Position numbers and translations under genes: made by a program. Source: Planctomycetota bacterium (GTDB taxonomy: Bacteria; Planctomycetota; GCA-002687715; CAIWVZ01). From it: DNA of 64,000 nt. Under the pieces are notes generated by a model that searched no databases, was not told where the DNA came from, and was given only the letters and a program-made list of their open reading frames with translations. Of the stretch, positions 19,798 to 29,623 are shown piece by piece; positions within the stretch are counted from its first letter, which is position 1, and each line of letters begins with the position of its first letter. The DNA lies in contig JBGANV010000008.1 in the NCBI GenBank assembly GCA_044222185.1, positions 128,001 to 192,000 on the forward strand, written 5' to 3'.

Positions 19798-19831
19798 CGA
19801 GGGCGCGAACCCGGCAGGGTTCACGCCCTCG
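19798..19831 (-). terminator. Probable intrinsic terminator of the putative selenoprotein gene
   Basis: CGAGGGCGCGAACCC-GGCA-GGGTTCACGCCCTCG stem, followed on the minus strand by CTCATTTT. Confidence 0.55.
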
Positions 19832-19869
19832 TCATGAGGCCCCTCGAGTGGGGGCCACTCGCACCTGGC

Positions 19870-20760
19870 TCACTTGCCCGAGGTCGCTCGAGGCGCCGGC
19901 GCGGCGACCGGTGTGGCCTTCACCGCGGGAGTCAGCAACTGCTTCTCCTCCGAGAGGAGCTTCGTCTTCTCGGTCTTGGCCGTGGTGAGATCCGTCTCGG
20001 TTTCCTTGATGGCCCTTCGGCCATTCTCGCAGTCGTGCTTCGCGACGTGGTCCTTGTGCTCCTGAAGCTCGGTCTCCAGGTTCTCGACCGATGCCGAGAC
20101 CTTGTCCAGCTTCTTCAGGAACGAGGAGTAGCGACTCACGAGGGTCGCGAGCGCATCACGGAACTGCGTCGCGGCGACCTGCTGCTGGGCGAGGAACACG
20201 GAGCTCGCGGTGATCCCGGAGCCCGCCAGGCGCGTCACCTCGTTGCCCTTCGAATCGAGGAAGATCACCGCGGGCACCGTCTTCGCGTATTGCTCGCGCG
20301 CGGCGTTGTCCCGGATGTCCTCGACGTAGACCTTGGCGTTGTTGAACCACCGCGAAGCGATGATGACGTTGTCGTCGTCGAACATGCGCTTCTCCGCCTT
20401 GGGATCGGGGGTGAGGCTGAGGAACCACACCATCCCAGGGCGAACGGCAGCCTTGCCCATGATCTCGGCGAACTCGCCGTCGAAAATCGCGTGGAGAGGC
20501 GCGGTCGCGCCGCTATACCCCGCGCGCTCGACGGTGATGAGGTGCTTCGTTTCCCACTCGATCGCAAGACGCTCCGCAGCAACGCTGCTCATCGTCTTGC
20601 CGGCGGCACCGCTCGCCGGTCCGCCCCCCGCACTGCGCGACCCACCCGGGGCCGCTTTGCGTGCGCCTCAATGTGCGCACTGCGCGTTCATCGTCGAGGC
20701 GACGACCGCCAGGAGCAGCGGTACGATCGCCAGGCCGATCCTGGCTCGTGACAGTTTCAT
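19870..20760 (-). CDS. Putative exported selenoprotein (CxxU) with thioredoxin-like domain and C-terminal coiled coil; UGA at 20668-20670 read as Sec
   Basis: Strong RBS GGAGGAG before ATG 20760; signal peptide; ...MNAQCAH-TGA-GARK... is in frame with ORF 19870-20592; hairpin right after the UGA; Trx-type VPAVIFLDSKGNEVTRLAG. Confidence 0.75.
20629..20665 (-). promoter_or_regulatory. Candidate bacterial SECIS element
   Basis: mRNA UGA GG CGCACGC AAA GCGGCCC CGGGU GGGUCGC GC A GUGCG: two-stem hairpin with a G-rich apical loop starting 19 nt after the UGA. Confidence 0.6.
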
Positions 20761-20910
20761 GGATCTCCTCCGAGGTTGTCGTCCGCGCGAACCCGAGCAG
20801 TTCTCACGCGCACGTCGTTCGAAAGGCGCACCGAAGCATTGGGTTGAGGCCGTAGCATACAGTTCAGTCGACACTCAGGCCACCGGACTTTTGCCGGTTC
20901 CCATCAGAAG

Positions 20911-21837
20911 TCACCCCGCGTGCGTGAACGCGAGAAGCCCCGCCCCCGCGACACCGGCTCGGTTGCCGAGCTTCGCCCGGACGATCCGGACGCCTTTGTG
21001 CACGAACTCGAGCGAATGCGCACGAAACGCGTCCGCGACAGGCCTCAGCAACAGGGGGCCGAGGACGCTGATCCCGCCGCCAACGACCACGATCTCCGGC
21101 GCGATCACCGAGGCGATGGAAGCGAGTCCGATCCCCAGGTTCCGCCCAACCTGTCCGACGACCCGCAGAGCTCGCTCCTCGCCCGCCCGGGCCCGCTCGA
21201 TGATCAACCGAACCTCGATCTCACTCTCCCCGCCCGCTTCCCGGTAGTACCGCCGCAAGGCGTGGGTTGCGGTGTATTGCTCGAGACATCCCCGCGCGCC
21301 GCAGCCGCAGGGCTCGCCATCGGGCTGAAAGATCGCGTGGCCGATCTCCCCGCCGGTGCCGTAGCGGCCGCGGACCAGGTGCCCCTCGACGACGACGCCG
21401 CCCCCGAGGCCGGTCCCGACCGTCGCCATCAGGACGTTCCGCACGCCCCGTGCGGAACCGATCATCGACTCGCCGAAACAGGCAACCGTTGCGTCGTTCT
21501 CCGCGACGACCGGCAATCCGGATTCCGCCCGCAGGAAGTCCGCGACCGCGAGACCCCGTGTACCCAGGAGGTTCGGTGACGCCGTCACCAGCAGGCCCCG
21601 GCGCCCGGTCACCGTGCCGGGAACCCCCACGCCCACGCCACGTGGCTTGTGCTTGTGTGCCCGCGCCGTGGCCCGAAGCCGCGCGATGGCGTCGCGGAAC
21701 GCACGCTTCACGCCGGCGCGCCCCTCGTGCGCGTTCGACGGGACTTCGTCCGCGTCGAGCACACGCCCCGCGCAGTCGACGATCCCAAACTTCAGCGCCG
21801 TGCCGCCGAGGTCGAGGCCAAATGCCACGTCTGTCAT
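20911..21837 (-). CDS. ROK family sugar kinase (glucokinase-like)
   Basis: GLDLGGT, ENDA, GTGLGGG, GEIGH, and zinc motif CGCGARGCLE. Confidence 0.92.
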   Translation of the reverse strand: MTDVAFGLDLGGTALKFGIVDCAGRVLDADEVPSNAHEGRAGVKRAFRDAIARLRATARAHKHKPRGVGVGVPGTVTGRRGLLVTASPNLLGTRGLAVADFLRAESGLPVVAENDATVACFGESMIGSARGVRNVLMATVGTGLGGGVVVEGHLVRGRYGTGGEIGHAIFQPDGEPCGCGARGCLEQYTATHALRRYYREAGGESEIEVRLIIERARAGEERALRVVGQVGRNLGIGLASIASVIAPEIVVVGGGISVLGPLLLRPVADAFRAHSLEFVHKGVRIVRAKLGNRAGVAGAGLLAFTHAG

Positions 21838-21865
21838 GAATGTCCTTCCGCGGAAGATCGACGCA

Positions 21866-24430
21866 TCAGCCGTCCTTCATTCCGGGGCTCGCGCCCAGGA
21901 TGAAATTCCGGACCGGAGACAGCGGACGCAACCCGCCTGCATTCAGATCGAGGAAGGTTTCTGCACTCTTCGGAACGGGCATCGTTCCGACCTTCGCCAG
22001 CTTGGCGCGGATCTCTTCCGCGCGGGCGTGCTCGCCCGTGGCGTCGAGCACCTCGAGAAGCTCGTCGATGGCCGGCTTCCAAAGCACGATCGGCGGCCCC
22101 GAACCCGGGTTCGGGTCGTCCTGCTCGGCACGTTCCTTCTCCTCACGACGGAGGTCCTGGTCCCTGCGGACGGCCTCCAAGAGGCGCGCCTTCGCTTCGT
22201 CCAGTCGTGCGGCCCTGCGCAGGATCTGCGCGGCAAGGACGCGCGGCATGATCTCGTCGTGCCACGTCGCGTCCTCACGTGACCACCAGGCTTTCAAGAG
22301 ACCCAGGGCATCGTCGACCTGGCCCCCTGCCGCACGAATCAACGCGAGTCGCCCGGTGAGACAGCGGGACGCGGGGTGCGACTTCGGTAATTCGCGGGCC
22401 ACACCGTCGAGGAGCGTGCGCGCGCGATCGATGTGCCCGGCCTTCTGCTCGACGACGCCCAGCAGGTAGCGCGCGCCGACGGCACGGGGCTGCGCGGTCA
22501 CGACGAACTCCAGGTCGCTTCGCGCCGCTTCCCACTGGCGGTCGATGAAGGAGAGTTCCGCCTGGATGAATCGCGCCGGCGCTTCCGTCTCGCCAGAGAG
22601 GCAGGCGCGCAAGTGCTCTCGCACTGCGGTGCGGCGCCGCATCTGGTTCTCGGACTGGAATTCGGCCGGGTCGTTCGACACGCACCCCCAGAGCATGACC
22701 GCAGCGACGATGTGATCGCGGGAGTCGCCGGCGACGACGCGGGGCTCCAGGCCGCCCGGCTTCATGAGGATCGCGTCGACCTCCTGCGGCGCGAGCGGCT
22801 GCTCGCGTGTTTCGTCCGTTGGAACCAGCGCCTGTCGCGATTCGTTGTCCGGGAACGCCATCTCGGCATCGGCGTGCGTGACCCCGGCACCGCGTTTCCC
22901 GCGCGTCCACACGTCGCGCAGCACGAGTGCGGCGAAACCGTCGCCGCTTCCGACCTCACCCAACGACGCGCGAGCGTCCCCTGGTCGGCCCGCGAGGTAG
23001 TTGACCCACGCGGCAAGGCGCCGCCGCTCGAGCGTCGCCGCGGGCGCGAGGTCATCGGACCCCAGCTCGAGCGTCAGCGCGCGCGGTGGGAGTCCAATGC
23101 CGTCGGCGAATGCCTCCGGCGGAAACCACGCGAAGGGGCGGAGCTCCGCTTCGATCGCCCGCGCCCGAAGCTCCGGCCGGATCTGGGTCGTGCCGATCCA
23201 CGCGGCGACCGCGAGGATCGCGACGAACAGAGCGGCCGCGACGAGGAGTCCGCGCTTGTGGCGGTGGAGCAGGCGAGACAACGGGCGAGCCCGTTTCAGC
23301 GTGATGCGGTCCGGAGATTCCCCGCGCGCCACGCGCTCCAGGTCACCCGCGAACGCCGCCATGTCGGCGTACCGCCGCAAGGGGTCGATCTCGATCGAGC
23401 GCAGGATCACCGCTTCGAGGTCCGGTGGGACTCGTGACTCCACCTTGCGTGGTGGCGTCGGGCCGAGAGACCGGATGTGGTCGAAGAGCTCGCCGCGCGT
23501 GCGCTGCGAGAACGCCTCCGTCCCCACGCAGAGCTCGTAGAGCGACAACCCCAGCCCGTAGATGTCCGTCCGGTTGGAGACGACGCTGTTTCCGCCCTCG
23601 ATCAGCTCCGGTGCCAGGTAGCGCGGTGTCCCCATCACCTGGTCGTCGGTGACCGTCAGTTCGGGAAGGTTGGGAGCCTGCGCAATCCCGAAATCGATGA
23701 TCATGGGCTCGCCCGTGCGGTCGACGAGCAGATTGGACGGCTTCACGTCCCGATGCAGGATGCCGAACCCGTGTATGGCAGCGAACGTTCGAGCGATCCG
23801 CGCGACGAAGCGGGCGCGCTCCTGCATTCCGTGAAGGCGATGGTCGGACTGCTTCACCGTCTCGCGCAGCTTCGCGACGGTCTCGCCCTCGACCCACTTC
23901 ATGGCGATCCAGAAGCGGCCGCGCTCCTCCCCCGAGTCGAGCACCGGTACGACGTTCACGAGGTCGAGCTTGCGCAGCATGTCCGCTTCGCGCTTGAAGC
24001 GTTCGACGTCCCGCGCGTCGCCGGCGCCGCGCGCGTCCATCACCTTCAGCGCGACGATCTGACCGGAACCCGCGTGACGGGCCCGGTACACCGTGCCGCC
24101 TCCAGCCGTCGAGACATGCTCGAGACCGGTGTAGGGGCCGAGCCGAACCTCGTCGGGAGCACCGGTGGGCGCGACCTCCGTCGCCGTGATGCGCGCCGTA
24201 CGAATCGGTGTCGCGTCCGGTTCCTTCCGGGTCGGAGGCGGCACGGTGTCCCAGGCGAGAATCCGCGCCAGCTCCTCGGCGTACTTCGGATAGCGCGCGA
24301 GGTACTCGTCGAGGCTCGGGTTCAGGCCCTCCTCACGCTTGAGGATGAAGTCCGCCGCCACGTCCTCGACCGGAGGAAGGCGGCCGCCCGTCGTCACTCC
24401 GAACGGGTCGTCGTCAGGAACGGCCGGCAT
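21866..24430 (-). CDS. Membrane Ser/Thr protein kinase with C-terminal TPR-like region
   Basis: VALKVM, RFKRE, HRDVKPSN, DFG, GTPRYLAPE, DIYGLG, a TM helix, then helical repeats. Confidence 0.92.
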   Translation of the reverse strand: MPAVPDDDPFGVTTGGRLPPVEDVAADFILKREEGLNPSLDEYLARYPKYAEELARILAWDTVPPPTRKEPDATPIRTARITATEVAPTGAPDEVRLGPYTGLEHVSTAGGGTVYRARHAGSGQIVALKVMDARGAGDARDVERFKREADMLRKLDLVNVVPVLDSGEERGRFWIAMKWVEGETVAKLRETVKQSDHRLHGMQERARFVARIARTFAAIHGFGILHRDVKPSNLLVDRTGEPMIIDFGIAQAPNLPELTVTDDQVMGTPRYLAPELIEGGNSVVSNRTDIYGLGLSLYELCVGTEAFSQRTRGELFDHIRSLGPTPPRKVESRVPPDLEAVILRSIEIDPLRRYADMAAFAGDLERVARGESPDRITLKRARPLSRLLHRHKRGLLVAAALFVAILAVAAWIGTTQIRPELRARAIEAELRPFAWFPPEAFADGIGLPPRALTLELGSDDLAPAATLERRRLAAWVNYLAGRPGDARASLGEVGSGDGFAALVLRDVWTRGKRGAGVTHADAEMAFPDNESRQALVPTDETREQPLAPQEVDAILMKPGGLEPRVVAGDSRDHIVAAVMLWGCVSNDPAEFQSENQMRRRTAVREHLRACLSGETEAPARFIQAELSFIDRQWEAARSDLEFVVTAQPRAVGARYLLGVVEQKAGHIDRARTLLDGVARELPKSHPASRCLTGRLALIRAAGGQVDDALGLLKAWWSREDATWHDEIMPRVLAAQILRRAARLDEAKARLLEAVRRDQDLRREEKERAEQDDPNPGSGPPIVLWKPAIDELLEVLDATGEHARAEEIRAKLAKVGTMPVPKSAETFLDLNAGGLRPLSPVRNFILGASPGMKDG

Positions 24431-25049
24431 CGCGCCTGCCCTCGATCGCGGCAGTCATGCGGATCCTCAACCGCGCATCCGTCCGTGCGAACCGCAATCT
24501 GACGGCGCGGTCGGTGAGCCCGACCATGTCCGCGATCGCCAGCGACGAGAACCCACGGGCGCGCAGTCGGTAGATCCGCCGATCCATGCGATCGAACTCG
24601 CGCAGGATCCGGTAGCGGACCTGGACGAGTTCCTCGATGGAGATGCGAGTCATCGGAGTGAGGTCGGGCGACAGGACGGCCATGTCGTCCTCGAGCGCCG
24701 TGCGGCGCTTGATGTGCTGACCGCCGGCCTTCTGGAGGACGACGCGTGTGATGATCCCCCGCAGCCATCGCGCAAAAGACCGGCTGTCCTCCATGTGGAA
24801 GAGCCCGATCTTGCGCATCACGACCTGGTAGGCGTCGTGGAGGACGTCGCGCGTCTCCTCAAGCGTGCGCAGGGGCATCCCCAATCGACGACGCGCCCAG
24901 CGCGTCATCATGGGCTCGTGCATCTCGAAAAGTTGTCCCAAGGCGTCCCGATCTCCGTTGCGAGCCTTTTCGATCAGCGCACGGAGGGACCCCCCGCCTG
25001 TCGTGTCGGTCGCATCTGACACGGGCCGATCGGTCGGGGGATGAGACAT
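24414..25049 (-). CDS. ECF-type sigma-70 factor
   Basis: ARNGDRDALGQLFE, DVLHDAY, SFARWL (region 2) and IADMVGLTDRAVRLR (region 4). Overlaps the kinase start by 17 bp. Confidence 0.85.
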   Translation of the reverse strand: MSHPPTDRPVSDATDTTGGGSLRALIEKARNGDRDALGQLFEMHEPMMTRWARRRLGMPLRTLEETRDVLHDAYQVVMRKIGLFHMEDSRSFARWLRGIITRVVLQKAGGQHIKRRTALEDDMAVLSPDLTPMTRISIEELVQVRYRILREFDRMDRRIYRLRARGFSSLAIADMVGLTDRAVRLRFARTDARLRIRMTAAIEGRRDAGRS

Positions 25050-25154
25050 AAACCAATGCGTCGCAAGCCGTAGAGCGGCGACGCATGAGCCGCTGATTCT
25101 ATGGGCGCCCCTTCGGACTGTGCAAGCGCCGCGTCTCGAACTCTCTGAAATCTT

Positions 25155-25184
25155 TTGCACGGTGCGCAAGCGTGCGGCTACAGT
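25155..25184 (+). promoter_or_regulatory. Possible sigma70-type promoter
   Basis: TTGCAC-N18-TACAGT about 35 nt upstream of ATG 25218. Confidence 0.3.
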
Positions 25185-25217
25185 CCCGCAGTCCCCCATT
25201 TGCCGGAGTCGTATGCC

Positions 25218-26945
25218 ATGCCGAGAGGCGGAAGGTTCCTCGCCATCGGTGTTTTCGCCGTCGCAGCGTCGTTCGTTGCCTACCCCCAGCTAACGGCCAC
25301 AGGAAACATCGGAGTCGTCATCAGCGAGATTGGGCACGGGCCCAGCCTCACCCAGCAGTTCGGCGTGCCGTGGCCGTCGTACATCGAGCTGGTCAACGTC
25401 CGCGCGGCCGCCGGATCAATGATCCCGCCGCCCGTCGTCCTCCCGCCCGTCACGCCGCAGAATCCCAATGGGACCACGATCCTCGCGCGCGTGCGCGGCG
25501 CGCCACCGACGCAGCTGCCGTTCCCACAGGCGGTGACTCTCGGAAGCAACCCACAACCGTCACCGGCGCCACCGGTGGTGACGCCGATCCCCGACGCGCC
25601 GGTCGTCGTGATCGCAAGCGGGCCGTTCCCGCCGAACGCCCTGCCGTCGACGTTCACCAACGTCTTCTTCGCGCCAGCATTCTTCTCCGGTGCGTCCGCG
25701 CAGCTTGGCGCGCCCGGCGTTCCGTTCGAGATCTGTGTGAGCATCCCCGGCGTCAACAACGACCGGGTTTTCTTCGTCACCCCGCCGGTGAGCCCCATGT
25801 GCCCCTCGACGCCATTCGCCCTGCGAAACAACGGCATCGTGTCGGCGGGCCTCATCACGCGTTGGCTCTACATCGACTCGGACACGGACTTCGACTTCGA
25901 CACCCAGTTCCTCCCATCGCCGGGACGGTCGAACCCGGAGATGACTCACGCCAATGGCTTCATCTTCGGCAACGCCCAGGCGCCGACGGCGATCGGAGCG
26001 CCCTTCCAGGTCATCGGCTCGGCTGCCGGCGGGACGCTGCTGCAGACCTCGAACTCGATCGTCCGCGGGGTGAACTTCCTCCACCTGGTGCCGGGCCAGG
26101 GCCTCATCAACCGAACGATCGGGCTCGGCGTCCCGGGCGGTTCGTTCTTCGATCCCATCGTCGGGACGTCGATCACGTTCGGACTGGGCTTCGTCGCGCA
26201 GACAGGCACGTCGACCGGAACGAACCTTCCGAACTTCCTTCCAGGCCTGCAGATCACCGGCGCGAACGTGATCCTCTCCGCGGTCACGGGTCCGGGAACG
26301 ACGGGAACCCTGTTCCTTCCCAGCGGCGCCGAGGCGAACGTGGGCGTGACCGTGCAGCCCGGCACGGCCGGCAACTTCCGGATCGAACGCCTGTTCTCCG
26401 ACCAGGTGTCGGACACGGCGCCGAGCGGCACCGGCGCGCTCTCCGTCGCGCAGGCGGACGTCCTTCCACCCTCGACCGGCGGTGGAAACACGTGGTGCGA
26501 GGTCATCGCGTACGACTACGCCGGCAACCAGTACCGAGCGAAGGTTCGCAACTGGCCACAAGGCGGCGGGTGCGGCACGCCCCCTACGCCGCTTCTCGCA
26601 CTCGGCACTGACGGCCTGGGAACCGGCACGCTGATCGACGTGTGCTTCGATGGCAACTCCAAGGTGTTCAACCTGTTCTCCACCACGCCCGCGGCCACGT
26701 GCGGCGGCCCGCTCTTTCCCCCCGGCGGAATCTGCCCCGATCTGACGACCACGCTGTGCCTCTCGCTCGTGGGGATTCCCCCCATCGACGTGGTGACCGA
26801 TGCGGCCGGCATTTTCGCGTGGCAGAGCGCGCCCGGTCAGTTCGCGAGCCTGATCGGCATCACGTTCGAGGCGATCGGCATCGAGTACACGCTCGTCGGG
26901 CCGACGATCATCAAGCAGTCGCCCGTCAACTCGATCACGTTCTGA
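25218..26945 (+). CDS. Secreted Pro/Gly/Thr-rich beta-rich hypothetical protein
   Basis: Signal peptide MPRGGRFLAIGVFAVAASFVAYPQ, GC3-biased codons, several Cys, ends in ...NSITF. Confidence 0.75.
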   Translation: MPRGGRFLAIGVFAVAASFVAYPQLTATGNIGVVISEIGHGPSLTQQFGVPWPSYIELVNVRAAAGSMIPPPVVLPPVTPQNPNGTTILARVRGAPPTQLPFPQAVTLGSNPQPSPAPPVVTPIPDAPVVVIASGPFPPNALPSTFTNVFFAPAFFSGASAQLGAPGVPFEICVSIPGVNNDRVFFVTPPVSPMCPSTPFALRNNGIVSAGLITRWLYIDSDTDFDFDTQFLPSPGRSNPEMTHANGFIFGNAQAPTAIGAPFQVIGSAAGGTLLQTSNSIVRGVNFLHLVPGQGLINRTIGLGVPGGSFFDPIVGTSITFGLGFVAQTGTSTGTNLPNFLPGLQITGANVILSAVTGPGTTGTLFLPSGAEANVGVTVQPGTAGNFRIERLFSDQVSDTAPSGTGALSVAQADVLPPSTGGGNTWCEVIAYDYAGNQYRAKVRNWPQGGGCGTPPTPLLALGTDGLGTGTLIDVCFDGNSKVFNLFSTTPAATCGGPLFPPGGICPDLTTTLCLSLVGIPPIDVVTDAAGIFAWQSAPGQFASLIGITFEAIGIEYTLVGPTIIKQSPVNSITF

Positions 26946-26960
26946 GCGCCGACCGGCGCG

Positions 26961-27485
26961 TCAGGTACCGGCGGGCGGCGCGTCCGAAGCCGGTGGCGGT
27001 GCATCGCCGCCCTCCTCCGGTGCCGCGGGCGGCGCGTCCGTCGGCGGCGTGCCGGGCGGCGTGAACCCCGGTGGCATGCCCGGCATCTGCCCAGGTTGGA
27101 TGTTCAGCTTCGCGACGCGGAAGCTGCGCACGGTGAGGAGTTCGCCGCCCACCTGGAGCTCGATCGAGTAGGTTCCGGGCGCTTTGAACTGCACCATCGG
27201 CATGGGGAACGCCGCTTCGAACATGGCCTGCGGGAGGGCGGGCAGCGGGGCCCGCAGACTCATGACGGGCTCCTGGTTCGGGTCCCGGATCGCCACGTCG
27301 ATGTTCGTATCGCCATGGAAGTCCGACAGGCTCACGAACACGATGAGCGGAGCGTGCATCGCCGGGAAGTTGGCCGCCCAGATCGCGGAGAACGTTCCGA
27401 TGATGCACCACTTGCCCGTGCCCGCCTGCTGGAATGCCTGGTCGCACAACAGAAGCGCATTGACCTGTGGGAGTGGGCGCGGCAT
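26961..27485 (-). CDS. DUF6941-like hypothetical protein
   Basis: LLLCD..GTGKWCIIGTF..FPA..F.APGTY pattern and a Pro-rich tail. Confidence 0.7.
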   Translation of the reverse strand: MPRPLPQVNALLLCDQAFQQAGTGKWCIIGTFSAIWAANFPAMHAPLIVFVSLSDFHGDTNIDVAIRDPNQEPVMSLRAPLPALPQAMFEAAFPMPMVQFKAPGTYSIELQVGGELLTVRSFRVAKLNIQPGQMPGMPPGFTPPGTPPTDAPPAAPEEGGDAPPPASDAPPAGT

Positions 27486-27600
27486 CGCGAGAGTCTATCC
27501 GGCAGACCCACGAGGACCACAGAAAGCGCGCCTCCGCGCCGCCGTACCGATGCGCTTCCACATACAATCGCCACGCTCCACGACGGAGCACGGAGCCCTC

Positions 27601-29613
27601 ATGCCTGCCTTCCGCAACGCAGCGATCGTCGTTCTCATCCTCGTGACGTCCCAGCTCTCGATCGCGCAGCGCGATCATGGGCCGCGCCCCGGTGCGCTGG
27701 CCGAGACCTGCGGCTCGGCGATCCCGTGGAAGGAGTCCATGACCGCCGCGCTCGCGGCAGCGAAAGAGTCGAAGCGCCCGATCTTCTGGTACATCCCCAC
27801 GGTTCCCGGATCCCCCATGGACCGGAAACCCGAGGTCGATTTCTACATGCGCGCGGGCGCCCTCTCGATGCCGGACGTGGTGTCGCTCATCAGCCGCCGA
27901 TGCGTCGCGGTGAAGGGCAAGCCCTCGCGTGACGAAGCGACCAAGTACGGGCTGAAGGCGTTGAAGTTCATCGAGCCCGGCTTCCTCATCCTCGCGCCGG
28001 ACGGCAACGAGATCGCGCGGCTCGACAAGATCTCCACGTACCACGAGCTGTGGCTGACGACGGTCCTGGATCGCATGCTCTCTGGGGGCGGCAACTTCGG
28101 CCGGCCCTCGGACGCGACGCTCGCTGCGAAGGAGCCGCTCGATCAGGCCGAGCAGCACCTGCTCGATGGGGCCTGGGGACGGGCGCAGGAAGCGTTGGGC
28201 CGTGTTCCCGCGGATGCCGATCCGAAGCGCCTCGCCTGGATCAAGGGCCGCGTTCTCGCCCGCCTGCAAGACGCCAGCGGCGCCGAGGCTGCGTTGACGA
28301 CCGTCGGGACTTCCGATGCACAGGTCGAGTTGGGCCTGCTCGCGCTGCGGCGCGAGGACTGGGCGAAGGCAGAGACGATCCTCTCGGCCGTGACCACGGG
28401 CAATCGCGCCGACGAAGCCGCCTACCTGCGCGGCGTCGCGCAGCACCGCCAGGGCCGACAACCCGACGCCCGGACCACCTGGTTGAAGCTCGCCGAGGCG
28501 TCCCCCACCTCGCGCTGGGCCGCACGGGCCGCCGCCGAAGCGGAGCATCACGCACCGTTCAGCCGCGGCTTCGAGGAGTACGGCTACCTCCCCGCCGATG
28601 CCCTCGTGGAGAACCCCGCCGGCACGCAACGAGAGCGCAAGCCGGCGGACTCCAAGCTGCTCGTGAGTCGCTCGGTGAAGTACCTGCTCGAGCTTCAGAA
28701 TCCGGATGGGAGCTACGACGACAGCAACTACGACTTCGGCGGACGCGACAGCCTCCCCGACGTCTATGTGGCGTGCACGGCACTCTGCGCCGACGCGTTG
28801 CTCGCATGGCGCGACGTCGACCCGGTCCGGATCGACGCGGCAGTGAAGCGCGCATTCGACTACGTCTCCGACGAGTCCCACATCGCTACGGAAAACCGTC
28901 AGGAGCGCGTCTGGGCCCACGGCTACCGACTGCTTTTCTACTCGCACCTCCTGGCGACGAAACCCGCCTACGCAGACCGCGTCAAGGCCAAACTTGATGA
29001 GGTCGCGCACTTGTGCGAATCGCTCCAGCTGAAGAAGGGGATCTTCGCTCACGAGTACCCCAACCCCTTTGCGAGCGCGACGGCGCTCCACGCCCTCGTC
29101 ACGGCGCGCAAGAGCGGTGCGAAGGTGACTCAGCAGGTGATCGACTCGGGTGCCGAGGCGCTCGCGTCGACCCGCGGCAACGACGGCGCGTTCTCCTACG
29201 GATTCCCCGGCAAGGGCGATCGCGATGCCGCGTTCGCTGGCGGTCGCGGCCCGATCTGCGAGCTCGCGTTGCTGATGGCCGGCAAGTCGGACCAGGCCGC
29301 CCTCGGTCACGCCATCGACGTGAGCTTCAAGGAGCACGCGGCTCTCGAAGCGCCACGCAAGTACGACGACCACTCGCCGCCGCACCGGATCGGCGGGTTC
29401 TTCTTCTGGTACGACATGCACGCACGCTGCCTCGCCATCGACGCACTGACGGACGCAGCGAAGAAGCGCCAGATGTTCGCGAAGCAGCTGGCGATCGTGA
29501 CGTCGATCTCCGAGATCGACGGCCGGTTCATCGACTCACACGAGCTCGGGAAACCCTACGGCACGGCCATGGGGCTCATGTGCTTGAAGATGTGCGCGGC
29601 AACGGAGCCGTGA
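27601..29613 (+). CDS. Secreted multidomain protein: thioredoxin-like + TPR + prenyltransferase-like toroid
   Basis: GGAG RBS and signal peptide; IPW..ALAAAKESKRPIFWY and PGFLILAPDGNEIARL (Trx-like, no CxxC); TPR helices; YLLELQNPDGSY and GNDGAFSY. Confidence 0.75.
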   Translation: MPAFRNAAIVVLILVTSQLSIAQRDHGPRPGALAETCGSAIPWKESMTAALAAAKESKRPIFWYIPTVPGSPMDRKPEVDFYMRAGALSMPDVVSLISRRCVAVKGKPSRDEATKYGLKALKFIEPGFLILAPDGNEIARLDKISTYHELWLTTVLDRMLSGGGNFGRPSDATLAAKEPLDQAEQHLLDGAWGRAQEALGRVPADADPKRLAWIKGRVLARLQDASGAEAALTTVGTSDAQVELGLLALRREDWAKAETILSAVTTGNRADEAAYLRGVAQHRQGRQPDARTTWLKLAEASPTSRWAARAAAEAEHHAPFSRGFEEYGYLPADALVENPAGTQRERKPADSKLLVSRSVKYLLELQNPDGSYDDSNYDFGGRDSLPDVYVACTALCADALLAWRDVDPVRIDAAVKRAFDYVSDESHIATENRQERVWAHGYRLLFYSHLLATKPAYADRVKAKLDEVAHLCESLQLKKGIFAHEYPNPFASATALHALVTARKSGAKVTQQVIDSGAEALASTRGNDGAFSYGFPGKGDRDAAFAGGRGPICELALLMAGKSDQAALGHAIDVSFKEHAALEAPRKYDDHSPPHRIGGFFFWYDMHARCLAIDALTDAAKKRQMFAKQLAIVTSISEIDGRFIDSHELGKPYGTAMGLMCLKMCAATEP

Positions 29614-29623
29614 GCTCCGCGAA

